DNA from: Candidatus Moraniibacteriota bacterium
GTDB lineage: Bacteria; Patescibacteriota; Minisyncoccia; Moranbacterales; UBA1568
Assembly (NCBI GenBank): GCA_028711705.1
Contig: JAQTRS010000003.1
Location: 109,966-173,965, forward strand
Direction of reading: 5' to 3'
DNA: 64,000 nt
Position 1 is the first letter of the stretch, and the number at the start of each line of letters is the position of its first letter. The position numbers and the translations under genes are program-made. This document shows positions 17,565 to 26,339 of the stretch, in pieces. The notes below the pieces were generated by a model. The model searched no databases. It was not told where the DNA came from and saw nothing but the letters and a program-made list of their open reading frames with translations.

Positions 17565-19094
17565 ATGGAATCCGGTTTAATTTTTGTAGTCATCGCGGTA
17601 GCGGGGGCAATCGGCGCGATTTTTGGGTATCACACCCGGCAAAACATTGCTAAAAAACAGCTGAATACAGCGGAGGGAAAAGCGGCACAGATTTTGGATG
17701 AAGCGGAAAAGCAGTCCAAGGAAATGGTTTTGGATGCCAAGGATAAGGCGGTGGCCATCCTTGAGGATGCTAAAAAGAAGGAACAAGAACGCGAAGAGCA
17801 GATCGCGCGTCAAGAAGGCCGTATTGAAAAGCGTGAAGAGCAGGTTGAAAAGAAGATGGAGGAATTCGAGCACGGTAAGAAATTGCTCGAGCAGAAGGCG
17901 GAAGAAATCCGTGAAATCCGTCGCGAGACAGAAAAAATACGAGCCGAAGAACTTGATCGTCTGCAGAAGATCGCCGGTTTCGATAAGGAAGAGGCGAAAA
18001 ATATCCTGCTGCAGCTGACGGAAGACGAGAGCAAGGAGGCGCTGGTGAAGCGTATGGCCAAGCTTGAGAAGGAAGGGCATGAAGAGTTGGAGCGCAAGGC
18101 ACTTTCGATTATGGGCCAGGTTATTCAGAAGTACTCACGATCGCATGTATCGGAATTCACCACCACGACGGTTTCGTTGCCGTCCGATGAGGTGAAGGGA
18201 AAGATCATCGGTAAGGAGGGGCGCAATATCCGAACGCTTGAGAAATTGACGGGCGTGGAATTGATCGTCGATGATACTCCGGAGTCGGTGCTGATTTCCG
18301 GTTTCGATCCGGTGCGCCGAGAGATCGCGCGTATCGCTTTGGAAAAATTGATCGCCGACGGACGCATCCACCCGGCTCGCATCGAGGAGACCGTGGAAGA
18401 AGCCAAAAAAGAAATCGACGACAAGATTAAGGAGGCGGGTGAGGCGGCGGCCTATGAGGTTGGCGTGGCAGGACTGCATCCGAAGCTTTTGTATATCCTG
18501 GGCCGTCTGCGGTATCGCTACAGCTATAAGCAGAATATCTTGATTCATTCGCTCGAGGTTTCGTATCTTGCGGGAGCTTTGGCAGCCGAACTTGGTGCCA
18601 ATGTATCAGTCGCGAAGAAGGCGGGGCTGTTGCACGATATCGGCAAGGCGGTTGATCATGAGATCGAGGGGACGCATGTGAAAATCGGGATCAGGATTTT
18701 GGAGAAATTCGGTATCGCCAAGGAGGTTATCGAGGCGATGTGGGCGCATCATGATGAGTATCCGCACAATTCGCTTGAGGCTTATATCGTGACCGCTGCC
18801 GACGCCATTTCCGCATCACGTCCCGGCGCCCGCAAGGAGACGGCGGAGAAGTATATCAAGCGCATGGAGGATCTGGAAGCGCTGGTGAACTCTTTCCCTG
18901 AGGTGGAGAAGTCCTATGCCATCCAGGCGGGACGCGAAGTGCGTATTTTTGTGAATCCGGAAAAGACCGACGATCTGGCATCGATGAAATTGGCACGGGA
19001 AGTTGCCCGAAGGGTCGAGGATGAGCTGAAGTATCCTGGCGAGATCAAGGTAATCGTGTTCCGGGAAACGCGTGCGGTGGAGTATGCGAGGTAG
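17565..19094 (+). CDS. rny: ribonuclease Y
   Basis: N-terminal TM helix (LIFVVIAVAGAIGAIFGY), a long coiled coil, a KH domain (GKIIGKEGRNIRTLEKLTGVELIVDD) and an HD domain (LLHDIGKAVDHE). ATG 17565 is preferred over the upstream TTG at 17517. Confidence 0.85.
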   Translation: MESGLIFVVIAVAGAIGAIFGYHTRQNIAKKQLNTAEGKAAQILDEAEKQSKEMVLDAKDKAVAILEDAKKKEQEREEQIARQEGRIEKREEQVEKKMEEFEHGKKLLEQKAEEIREIRRETEKIRAEELDRLQKIAGFDKEEAKNILLQLTEDESKEALVKRMAKLEKEGHEELERKALSIMGQVIQKYSRSHVSEFTTTTVSLPSDEVKGKIIGKEGRNIRTLEKLTGVELIVDDTPESVLISGFDPVRREIARIALEKLIADGRIHPARIEETVEEAKKEIDDKIKEAGEAAAYEVGVAGLHPKLLYILGRLRYRYSYKQNILIHSLEVSYLAGALAAELGANVSVAKKAGLLHDIGKAVDHEIEGTHVKIGIRILEKFGIAKEVIEAMWAHHDEYPHNSLEAYIVTAADAISASRPGARKETAEKYIKRMEDLEALVNSFPEVEKSYAIQAGREVRIFVNPEKTDDLASMKLAREVARRVEDELKYPGEIKVIVFRETRAVEYAR

Positions 19095-19231
19095 GCGTTC
19101 GCCGAGCGTGAAGAAGGGGCCAGTTTGCTTTATTTTGAAGATAACTATACAATGAACAAAGCTACTGGTTAGCGAAACCCTCCCGGCTCATATAACAGGT
19201 TGAGAGGAAACTAGAAAGGCAGGTGGAAATT

Positions 19232-19528
19232 ATGGCAAAAACAACAGTGAAAAACGTTAACAAGGATATGCTGGTATCAGCGATCGTTGCACAGACAGAT
19301 CTGACAAAGAAAGACGTTGAAGCGGTTATTGAGGCTATGGTAGACACAATTACCAAAGAACTCAGTGGCGGCAGCAAAGTGACTTTGACAGGCTTTGGAA
19401 CTTTCAAGGTTTCTCAGCGCGCTGCTCGTGAGGGTATCAATCCTCAGACAAAGGCAAAGATTACTATTCCTGCAATGACCGTTCCTAAATTTACTGCAGG
19501 TAAGAGCTTAAAGGAAGCAGTAAAATAA
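19232..19528 (+). CDS. hup: DNA-binding protein HU
   Basis: RBS aggtgg, then ATG at 19232. HU signature GFGTFKVSQRAAREGINPQT. Confidence 0.9.
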   Translation: MAKTTVKNVNKDMLVSAIVAQTDLTKKDVEAVIEAMVDTITKELSGGSKVTLTGFGTFKVSQRAAREGINPQTKAKITIPAMTVPKFTAGKSLKEAVK

Positions 19529-19575
19529 AGAATCATCGGCTGTTTTGATTGACTTCCAATTTGAAACAAAAGATA

Positions 19576-19612
19576 GGATACTATCCCGCTGTGAAGCGGG
19601 ATAGTATTTTTT
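19576..19612 (+). terminator. rho-independent terminator
   Basis: Hairpin ggatactatcccgc / tgtgaa / gcgggatagtat, followed by a T6 run. Confidence 0.75.
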
Positions 19613-19676
19613 CTACCAGAGGCTCTTTATTTGACTCATTTTGGTTTTTTGGCTATGATGGGTAAGGTAAAGCTTT

Positions 19677-19748
19677 CGGGGTATAGTATAGTGGTAGTAC
19701 GAGTGGTTTGGGACCATTTAGTCTCGGTTCGATTCCGAGTACCCCGAC
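19677..19748 (+). tRNA. tRNA-Pro (anticodon TGG)
   Basis: Acceptor CGGGGTA/TACCCCG; anticodon stem AGTGG/CCATT with loop TTTGGGA (anticodon TGG); T-arm CTCGG TTCGATT CCGAG; discriminator A. CCA is not encoded. Confidence 0.75.
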
Positions 19749-19757
19749 AGGGATGAG

Positions 19758-19788
19758 GACCGCGGCATATGCCGCGGTCTTTTGTTTT
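19758..19788 (+). terminator. rho-independent terminator after tRNA-Pro
   Basis: Perfect hairpin gaccgcggcatatgccgcggtc, followed by ttttgtttt. Confidence 0.7.
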
Positions 19789-19794
19789 ACGGGT

Positions 19795-19890
19795 GGAGCG
19801 AGCGGAGGCGGAGTGCTTTTTCAAGACCGTGGTGTACTCACGGAGGTCATGAAAAAGCACTCCGCCCCCCGCTCTGTATTTTCAGCAGCG
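19795..19890 (+). other. long structured element (about 95 nt extended hairpin with a 17-bp perfect stem), function unknown
   Basis: ggcggagtgctttttca pairs perfectly with tgaaaaagcactccgcc. An outer gagcg/cgctc extension and an apical sub-hairpin gaccgtg...cacggaggtc complete the structure. Confidence 0.3.
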
Positions 19891-19928
19891 CGTCGAATGA
19901 GGTTGGGCACTGGCGGGGACGTTTTTAT

Positions 19929-19957
19929 TTGCCTAATGGAAGAATGTTGCCTATAAT
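19929..19957 (+). promoter_or_regulatory. sigma70 promoter (TTGCCT - 17 - TATAAT) upstream of FNR-like gene
   Basis: ttgcct at 19929-19934 and tataat at 19952-19957, with a 17-bp spacer. Confidence 0.45.
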
Positions 19958-20029
19958 GGTTATAATTACATATTCACGGAGGTGAGGATGTCAAGATGTT
20001 ATAAATAAGGCAGTATCGAACATTTCAGA

Positions 20030-20749
20030 ATGATGCAAACATACACTATCAAACTTATCGGGAAACAAGAGATCGCCGATCAGACCGTGGCGTTCGTGTT
20101 CGAGAAGCCGCAAGATTTCACGTTTCAGGCAGGGCAATATGTCGTCATGACGTTGCCGAAGCTTGCATTTCCCGATAATCGTCGCGGCATACGTTCGCTT
20201 TCTATCGCTTCCGCCCCGTATGAGGATACGCTTATGTTCGCGATGCGCATCACCGATAGCGGTTTCAAACAGACGCTCAATACGATGGAAATCGGCGACG
20301 AAGCGACCATTACCAAGGCCATCGGGCATTTCGTCTTGGATGAAAGCGAACGCCCCGTCGTGTTTTTGATCGGCGGTATCGGTATCACCCCCGCGCGCAG
20401 CATTCTCCGTCAGGCAGTGCGGGATGGATCAAAACGCCGCTTCTGTCTTTTCTATTCCAATAGGCGCCCCCAGGACGCCTCTTTTGCGAGTGAGCTCCAG
20501 GAATTTCCGACGCTAGATTATCACTGTGTCGATACGCTCACCAATCAGGATGCTGCCGATCGATGCGAATGGCAGGAAGAGCGGGGGTATATCTGCGACC
20601 ATATGCTGGAAAAATATCTCGACGATCCCAAAAGCCCGCAGTATTATGTCGTCGGTTCACCTGTTTTCGCCAATGCTATGATAGCGATGCTTACCGGGAT
20701 GGGGGTTGAAAAGGAATCTATCAAACAAGATCCGTTTACCGGCATTTAG
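20030..20749 (+). CDS. FNR-like FAD/NAD(P)-binding oxidoreductase domain protein (stand-alone)
   Basis: FAD-binding RxxS motif (RSLSIAS) and NAD(P)-binding GGIGITP motif of the ferredoxin-NADP reductase family. 239 aa, with no ferredoxin/2Fe-2S partner domain. Confidence 0.7.
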   Translation: MMQTYTIKLIGKQEIADQTVAFVFEKPQDFTFQAGQYVVMTLPKLAFPDNRRGIRSLSIASAPYEDTLMFAMRITDSGFKQTLNTMEIGDEATITKAIGHFVLDESERPVVFLIGGIGITPARSILRQAVRDGSKRRFCLFYSNRRPQDASFASELQEFPTLDYHCVDTLTNQDAADRCEWQEERGYICDHMLEKYLDDPKSPQYYVVGSPVFANAMIAMLTGMGVEKESIKQDPFTGI

Positions 20750-20809
20750 TATGGTGATAGTGCTGCCCCGTCGCACTTTGGGTCGCATGTAAAATAAATA
20801 TACAATCAT

Positions 20810-22351
20810 ATGGGGATACGGAGTAAGTTTTTCGTCGTTATAGGGCCGCTGATGATCGTTGTGGTCCTATTTATCTACAGCGTCATTTCCGGACGTTTCC
20901 TGGACCAGTTTTCGGATATCGAATTGGACCTTGCAAAGCAGAATGTCGATCGGGCGCTTAATGCTATCGACGGGTTGCTCGAGGATGTCAATACGAAGAG
21001 TTCCGATTGGGCGCAGTGGGATGATTCCTATGCGTTCATGCAGGATCATAATCAGGAGTATTGGCAATCCAATCTGAGCAATGATTCTATTTTGGATGGC
21101 ATGAAGCTTTCCGTTATGGTGTTTGTCGACAGATCCGGCCATGTGGTCGCCACCAAAAACGCACTTGATGCGGATAGCGATTCCGACGCAGTGCCCCAAG
21201 ATATCCTCGATGCGCTTCTTGATGGTAGATTCGTCAATTACGATGATGGTGCGGCGTTTCACAAGGGCATTGTGCATATCGGCGACATCGTGCTTCTCGT
21301 AGCTTCGCGGCCCATCATGCGTACGGATGGCACGGGTCCGGCAGCGGGTACGATCATATTCGCGCGCACGGTTGATGATGCTTTGATAAGAGAGATTTCG
21401 GATCGTATCCATTTGCCTTTGAAACTGTATGCTTCTACGGAGGTGTTGCCGCTTGAGGCGTGGCAGAAAGAAGTGCTTGCGGATGAGGGGAGAAAGGAGA
21501 GTGTCGATGTGGCTCATGTCGAGGGTGACATTGTGGCGGCATATGGGGCCGTGCACGATGTGTCTGGCGGGCACACCATCTTTACCCGCATAGAGATACC
21601 GCGGACGATATACCGTCACGGACAGGGTTTTGTGCGTTCCTTCAGTATTTTTTTCGGGGTGGCCTTTGTTATTTTTTCTATCACATTGATGCTTCTTTTG
21701 GAGTGGCTCGTTTTCGCCCCTATCTCCCGATTGAGCGCCGACGTGGACCGTATACGTTCAGGCGACGACGATGCGATGCGTATCAAGGTGACGGGGAATG
21801 ACCAATTCTCCCATTTGAGCGAAACCATCAATCAGATGATTGACGGCCTCTACAGGATGCGCCAGCAGAAAGAGGAGAGTGAGAGTCGCTTCCAGACGGT
21901 AGCCGACCTGGCTCCCGTGATGATTTGGATGTCCGGTGCCGATAAGCAATACTCCTATTTCAATAAGGGATGGCTCGATTTTACCGGAAGATCGGCTGAT
22001 GAAGAGCTCGGTAACGGTTGGGCAAAAGGCGTGCATCCGGATGATATCGATCAGCGTACGGCGGTCTATTCCAAAGCGTTCGATGCGAGGGAATCATTCC
22101 GCATGGAATACCGATTGAGGAATACTTCGGGCGAGTACCGATGGGTTTTGGATAGCGGCATACCGAATTTCGCTCCTGACGGAACCTTTTTGGGCTATCT
22201 TGGATCATGTATCGATATCACGGAACGAAGGATGGCGGAAGAGTCGAATACCAAGCGTATCAAAGAGATGGAAACCCTCAACAAGATGATGGTGAGCCGC
22301 GAATTGAAGATGATAGAGCTCAAAAAGGAATTGCAGCGGCTGAAGCAATAA
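20810..22351 (+). CDS. membrane sensor protein (extracytoplasmic sensing domain - TM - HAMP - PAS), no output domain
   Basis: N-terminal TM, a periplasmic sensing domain of about 250 aa, a second TM, a HAMP-like linker and a PAS domain (MIWMSGADKQYSYFNKGWLDFTGRS...YRWVLDSG), ending in a coiled coil. No kinase or GGDEF domain. Confidence 0.6.
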   Translation: MGIRSKFFVVIGPLMIVVVLFIYSVISGRFLDQFSDIELDLAKQNVDRALNAIDGLLEDVNTKSSDWAQWDDSYAFMQDHNQEYWQSNLSNDSILDGMKLSVMVFVDRSGHVVATKNALDADSDSDAVPQDILDALLDGRFVNYDDGAAFHKGIVHIGDIVLLVASRPIMRTDGTGPAAGTIIFARTVDDALIREISDRIHLPLKLYASTEVLPLEAWQKEVLADEGRKESVDVAHVEGDIVAAYGAVHDVSGGHTIFTRIEIPRTIYRHGQGFVRSFSIFFGVAFVIFSITLMLLLEWLVFAPISRLSADVDRIRSGDDDAMRIKVTGNDQFSHLSETINQMIDGLYRMRQQKEESESRFQTVADLAPVMIWMSGADKQYSYFNKGWLDFTGRSADEELGNGWAKGVHPDDIDQRTAVYSKAFDARESFRMEYRLRNTSGEYRWVLDSGIPNFAPDGTFLGYLGSCIDITERRMAEESNTKRIKEMETLNKMMVSRELKMIELKKELQRLKQ

Positions 22352-22405
22352 TCAAAGAGATGCGGAAGTTTCGACCGTATCTCACGGGCTGATCGTTTTA
22401 AAAAT

Positions 22406-24778
22406 ATGAGCATGGAATCAACCCGACTGCCCATCGTGAGCCGAAGGGAAGTCGCTAACGACGTTTTCGAGGTTTCTTTCGGCCTTTCTAGAGCGGATTT
22501 TCATTTTCAGGCAGGCCAATATATCCGGGTGGTTATCCCGCATCTTTCGTATCCCGATGGGCGGGGGAATTTTCGCGATTTCTTCATCAGTTCATCGCCT
22601 AACAATCACGAGCATATTTCTATAGCCTTCAGAAATACGGGGAGCGGTTTCAAAAAGACGCTGCTTGAATTGCCTCTCGGGTCATCGGTGGTCGTGCGTG
22701 GGGCATATGGTCTGCTCGAGCTGCCTCAAGAGCATCATCAGGGCCTGGTATTCATCGCCTTCGGTATCGGTATTACCCCCTTTCTGAGCATGATTCGCCT
22801 TGCAGCCGAGCGGGGATATGCAGGGTACCTGACGCTTATCTGCGTGCATGATGACATAGATTCGGTGCCCTATCTTGATGAGTTGAAGCAACTTCAGGAA
22901 AAAATACCCCGTTTCATCCTGAGGCAGAAAAGGGCTCCTTTGGACGAGGAATTCTTGCGTATACAAACGACGCATTCCAAAGAGTCTTTGTGGTATATTT
23001 CCGGTCCGCCCGATCTGGCACGTGAGGCTTTCGATATGCTCTGCGGCCTCGGGGTGCCTTTGGGAAATATCGTTTCTGAGGAGATGCTGGGTTATGGCGA
23101 GGGGGTGCCTGTGACATCTTCCGCAGCGGCCCAGCCGTTGCCAACTGTAGGCAGTTCGCCGAATGACCATGCGTTTTTCTTGGATGCCAAGAAATTGCGG
23201 TCCATCATCGAAACCAGCGCCGAGGGCGTGGTTATCACCAATCCCGATGGACTCATCTTGTATGTCAATGCCGAGTGGCAGAACATTACCGGTTGGAAAA
23301 GCGACGATGTCGTGGGCAAGATGACGCCCCGCATCCTCAAATCGGGAAAAACCAGACCGGAGGAATACGAGAAGCTGTGGAAAACCATCAGGCGCGGCGA
23401 GATAGCTCATATCGACATTATCAATAAGCGCAAAAATGGCAATCTGTACTATGCCGAGGATATCATACTGCCCCTCAAGAACGATCAGGGTGAGGTAACG
23501 GAGTTCGTCGGCTTCCAGCGAGACGTTTCGGAGAAGCAGCGCTATATGAAGCAATTCATACTGCACTCCGAAGAGCTGGCTGAGCAGAACAAGTTCCTTG
23601 AGAACACGAAAAAGGCGATGCTCAATCTGCTCGAGGATTCTCAGGAACTGGAAAAAAACCTGGAGCTCGAGAAGGCGGCTATCAAGAAGGAAAAAGAGAA
23701 GTCGGAAGGCATTTTGCAGTTCCTGAAATCCATCGGTGATGGCGTGCTCGCTGTTGATCTGGATTCGAATATTATCTTTATGAACAAGATGGCGGAGAAT
23801 CTGTCTGGATACACGTTCGAGGAGGTACAAGGCAAATACTATACCGACGCCCTGCATTTCATCCTGGAAAAAAACCCCGATGTCTCCTACCCGCGCTTCG
23901 TCGAGCAGGTGATAAAGACGGGCGTGATCAATAAGCTGCCGAGCCACACCTCTTTGGTGAGGCGGGATGGTAGCATCGTTCCCGTGTCGGACAGCGCGGC
24001 GCCGATTCGTGATGCTTCGGGGGTTATTGTCGGTTGCATCATCGTATTCCAAGATGATACCAAGAAGCGCGAATTGGATCAGATGAAGGATGGTTTCATT
24101 TCGGTGGCGGCGCATCAGCTTCGGACGCCGCTGGGGGGTATGCGATGGAATATGGAGCTGCTGCTTTCCGAGGATGTCGGGGAACTTCCTGAGCAGGTGC
24201 GCGTCGAGCTTGAACAGCTCTACGAAAACAGCCAGCGCATGGTGACGCTGGTCAATGATCTTCTCAACACCTCGCGTATCGACAATGAGGTTTCCAGGGT
24301 GAAATACGAATCCGAATCCGCGGATATCATCACCCTGCTTCAGAAAGTGATACACGAGGTTGCCGATGAGGCGAAAAAACGTGCGGTGACCATACGATTC
24401 GCCAATGAAGGAACCTTCGATTCGGTCCGTATCGTTCCGAAAAATATATACGAAGCCTTCCAGAATCTGATCGTCAATGCCGTGAAGTACAGCGATGCGG
24501 GGGACACGGTGACGGTCGGGGTGGAGCAGCACAAAGAGGCTATGCGTGTCACGATCGAGGATACGGGAATCGGTATTCCGAAAGATCAGCAATTGAAGCT
24601 ATTCTCGAAGTTTTTCCGCGCTTCCAATGCTATCCTCAAGGAGACGGACGGCAGCGGCCTAGGGCTGAGCGTCGCGAAGTTTTTTATCGAAGAGAATGGG
24701 GGGCGGATCCTTTTCGAGAGCGAGGAGGGAAAGGGGACGACTTTTTATGTTGATTTGCCCCTGGCGGCGAAAAAGTGA
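22406..24778 (+). CDS. hybrid FNR-like flavoprotein domain - PAS - PAS - histidine kinase
   Basis: N-terminal 230 aa are paralogous to the 20030 protein (FQAGQYIRVV, RDFFISSSP, FGIGITP). These are followed by two PAS domains, a HisKA H-box (VAAHQLRTPLGGMRW) and HATPase_c (GSGLGLSVAKFF). Confidence 0.75.
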   Translation: MSMESTRLPIVSRREVANDVFEVSFGLSRADFHFQAGQYIRVVIPHLSYPDGRGNFRDFFISSSPNNHEHISIAFRNTGSGFKKTLLELPLGSSVVVRGAYGLLELPQEHHQGLVFIAFGIGITPFLSMIRLAAERGYAGYLTLICVHDDIDSVPYLDELKQLQEKIPRFILRQKRAPLDEEFLRIQTTHSKESLWYISGPPDLAREAFDMLCGLGVPLGNIVSEEMLGYGEGVPVTSSAAAQPLPTVGSSPNDHAFFLDAKKLRSIIETSAEGVVITNPDGLILYVNAEWQNITGWKSDDVVGKMTPRILKSGKTRPEEYEKLWKTIRRGEIAHIDIINKRKNGNLYYAEDIILPLKNDQGEVTEFVGFQRDVSEKQRYMKQFILHSEELAEQNKFLENTKKAMLNLLEDSQELEKNLELEKAAIKKEKEKSEGILQFLKSIGDGVLAVDLDSNIIFMNKMAENLSGYTFEEVQGKYYTDALHFILEKNPDVSYPRFVEQVIKTGVINKLPSHTSLVRRDGSIVPVSDSAAPIRDASGVIVGCIIVFQDDTKKRELDQMKDGFISVAAHQLRTPLGGMRWNMELLLSEDVGELPEQVRVELEQLYENSQRMVTLVNDLLNTSRIDNEVSRVKYESESADIITLLQKVIHEVADEAKKRAVTIRFANEGTFDSVRIVPKNIYEAFQNLIVNAVKYSDAGDTVTVGVEQHKEAMRVTIEDTGIGIPKDQQLKLFSKFFRASNAILKETDGSGLGLSVAKFFIEENGGRILFESEEGKGTTFYVDLPLAAKK

Positions 24779-25002
24779 CAAAAAAAGCGCTTTCCTGTAC
24801 ACTTGAGATGAGCTGGCGGCGCCAGATGCCGCATATTCACAAGCATATAAGAAATAGCCTATTTAAAGAATACGGGTATTTTTTATTGTGCGGCGTATCT
24901 GGGCAGTATGTTTGGTCGGAGCATTCTTTTGGATGTGTCGTTCGCGCATATGCCAGCGAGTTCGTTAACAATGTAGTATTTGAAACTTAGGTGGAGATAA
25001 CG

Positions 25003-26280
25003 ATGAGCAATGATAATTTTTATGAGCGTTTCGAGAATTTTCAATCTGATGTGAACCAGAAAAACGCGCTTGGAGGTGTTTTTTCTGTGACGGGATCTTC
25101 GCTTGGAGCGGAGGTTTCCATTAACATCGATGGGAATACGATGCCAGTAACGTCGTATATGAGCTTGGATTATTTGGGAATGGGTCAGGAGCCTGCCGTG
25201 ATAGAGAATTGTATACGTAATATCCGATCATTAGGTACCGGGTTTGCGAGTTCAAGAACGGTGATGGAATCTTCTCAGCATCAGGCTCTGGAGAATGCCC
25301 TTGCCGATTTTAAGCGGATGAAATCTTGCTTGCTTGTCAATACCGGCTATTTGGCGAATGTTATACTCCCGCAACTGATATTCGACGACGTCATAGTGAC
25401 GGGAGGCTATAAGTTGCGTCGACCCCGTAAGAAAACCGTGGTATGTATGGACAGATTGACGCATGCATCTCTTCTTTCTACGTTGGCGACAATGAAAGGA
25501 AAGCGGGTGGTTGATAATGTGAAGAAGTATGATCACTTGGATTATGACTCCCTTCAGTCGATGTTGGATGAATATAAAAGCGATGATGTTCAGAAATTTA
25601 TCTTTACCGACAGCTTGTTTTCTATGGGAGGAGATTTTGCGAATGTGCGCCTATTGCTTGATTTTGCGAAGCATTATGATGCCATATTGGTTATCGATAA
25701 TGCGCATGCGGATGGCGTGTATGGTGCTGAAGGCAGAGGATACCTGGAAGCGCAGGGAATAACGAGTCAGGATGATCTGAAATATATCATCCAGACAGGC
25801 ACCTTAAGCAAGGCCATATGCGCTCTGGGCGGACATATCACATTCCCGTCATCGAGCCCTGTGGATCTGGCAAAGTTTTCCCAGTGGGAATTCATTTTTT
25901 CTGTGGCCATACCGACCTTTCTCGCGGCGACATGCGTTCATTCCATCAGGCTTATTCGTGGGGATATGGGTGATAAGAAGCGAGAACAGCTTCATATTCT
26001 TTCAGCTATCTTGCGATCGCGATTGCAGGAGAGAGGATTTAATATCTTGCGATCGACATCGCATATTATCCCCATTGTGATCGGAACGGCAGATACATGC
26101 CTTGCTGTTCATGATTATTTATTAAGAGAACACCGTATATGGATCGGGCCGATCCGATGGCCGGCCGTATCTGAAAACGGGGCGCTCCTGCGATGCGCTG
26201 TCACTGCGAATCATAGCGAGGAAAATATCGGCGAACTTATCGAGGCATTGGAGAAGGCGAGAAATCAATTCAGTTTTTAG
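25003..26280 (+). CDS. alpha-oxoamine synthase family PLP-dependent acyltransferase (CqsA/LqsA/BioF/KBL/SPT family)
   Basis: RBS aggtgg, then ATG at 25003. AOS-family fold with PLP-lysine motif GTLSKAICALGGH, and DNAHADGVYG and SLFSMGGD motifs. Confidence 0.8.
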   Translation: MSNDNFYERFENFQSDVNQKNALGGVFSVTGSSLGAEVSINIDGNTMPVTSYMSLDYLGMGQEPAVIENCIRNIRSLGTGFASSRTVMESSQHQALENALADFKRMKSCLLVNTGYLANVILPQLIFDDVIVTGGYKLRRPRKKTVVCMDRLTHASLLSTLATMKGKRVVDNVKKYDHLDYDSLQSMLDEYKSDDVQKFIFTDSLFSMGGDFANVRLLLDFAKHYDAILVIDNAHADGVYGAEGRGYLEAQGITSQDDLKYIIQTGTLSKAICALGGHITFPSSSPVDLAKFSQWEFIFSVAIPTFLAATCVHSIRLIRGDMGDKKREQLHILSAILRSRLQERGFNILRSTSHIIPIVIGTADTCLAVHDYLLREHRIWIGPIRWPAVSENGALLRCAVTANHSEENIGELIEALEKARNQFSF

Positions 26281-26339
26281 ATTTCGAAGCATGGTGTTAT
26301 GTGTTACAATTCAATACATAATACCATGCCTTTTTATTT

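Noticed and set aside
19795-19890. SRP (4.5S) RNA or tmRNA identity for the long hairpin after tRNA-Pro
   Set aside because: It lacks the conserved domain-IV motif (AGG...GGAA tetraloop...CAGC) of SRP RNA, and it is far too short for tmRNA or RNase P RNA.
22682-24592. 636-aa ORF on minus strand
   Set aside because: It is antisense to the FNR-PAS-histidine kinase gene, which has clear H-box and HATPase motifs on the + strand.
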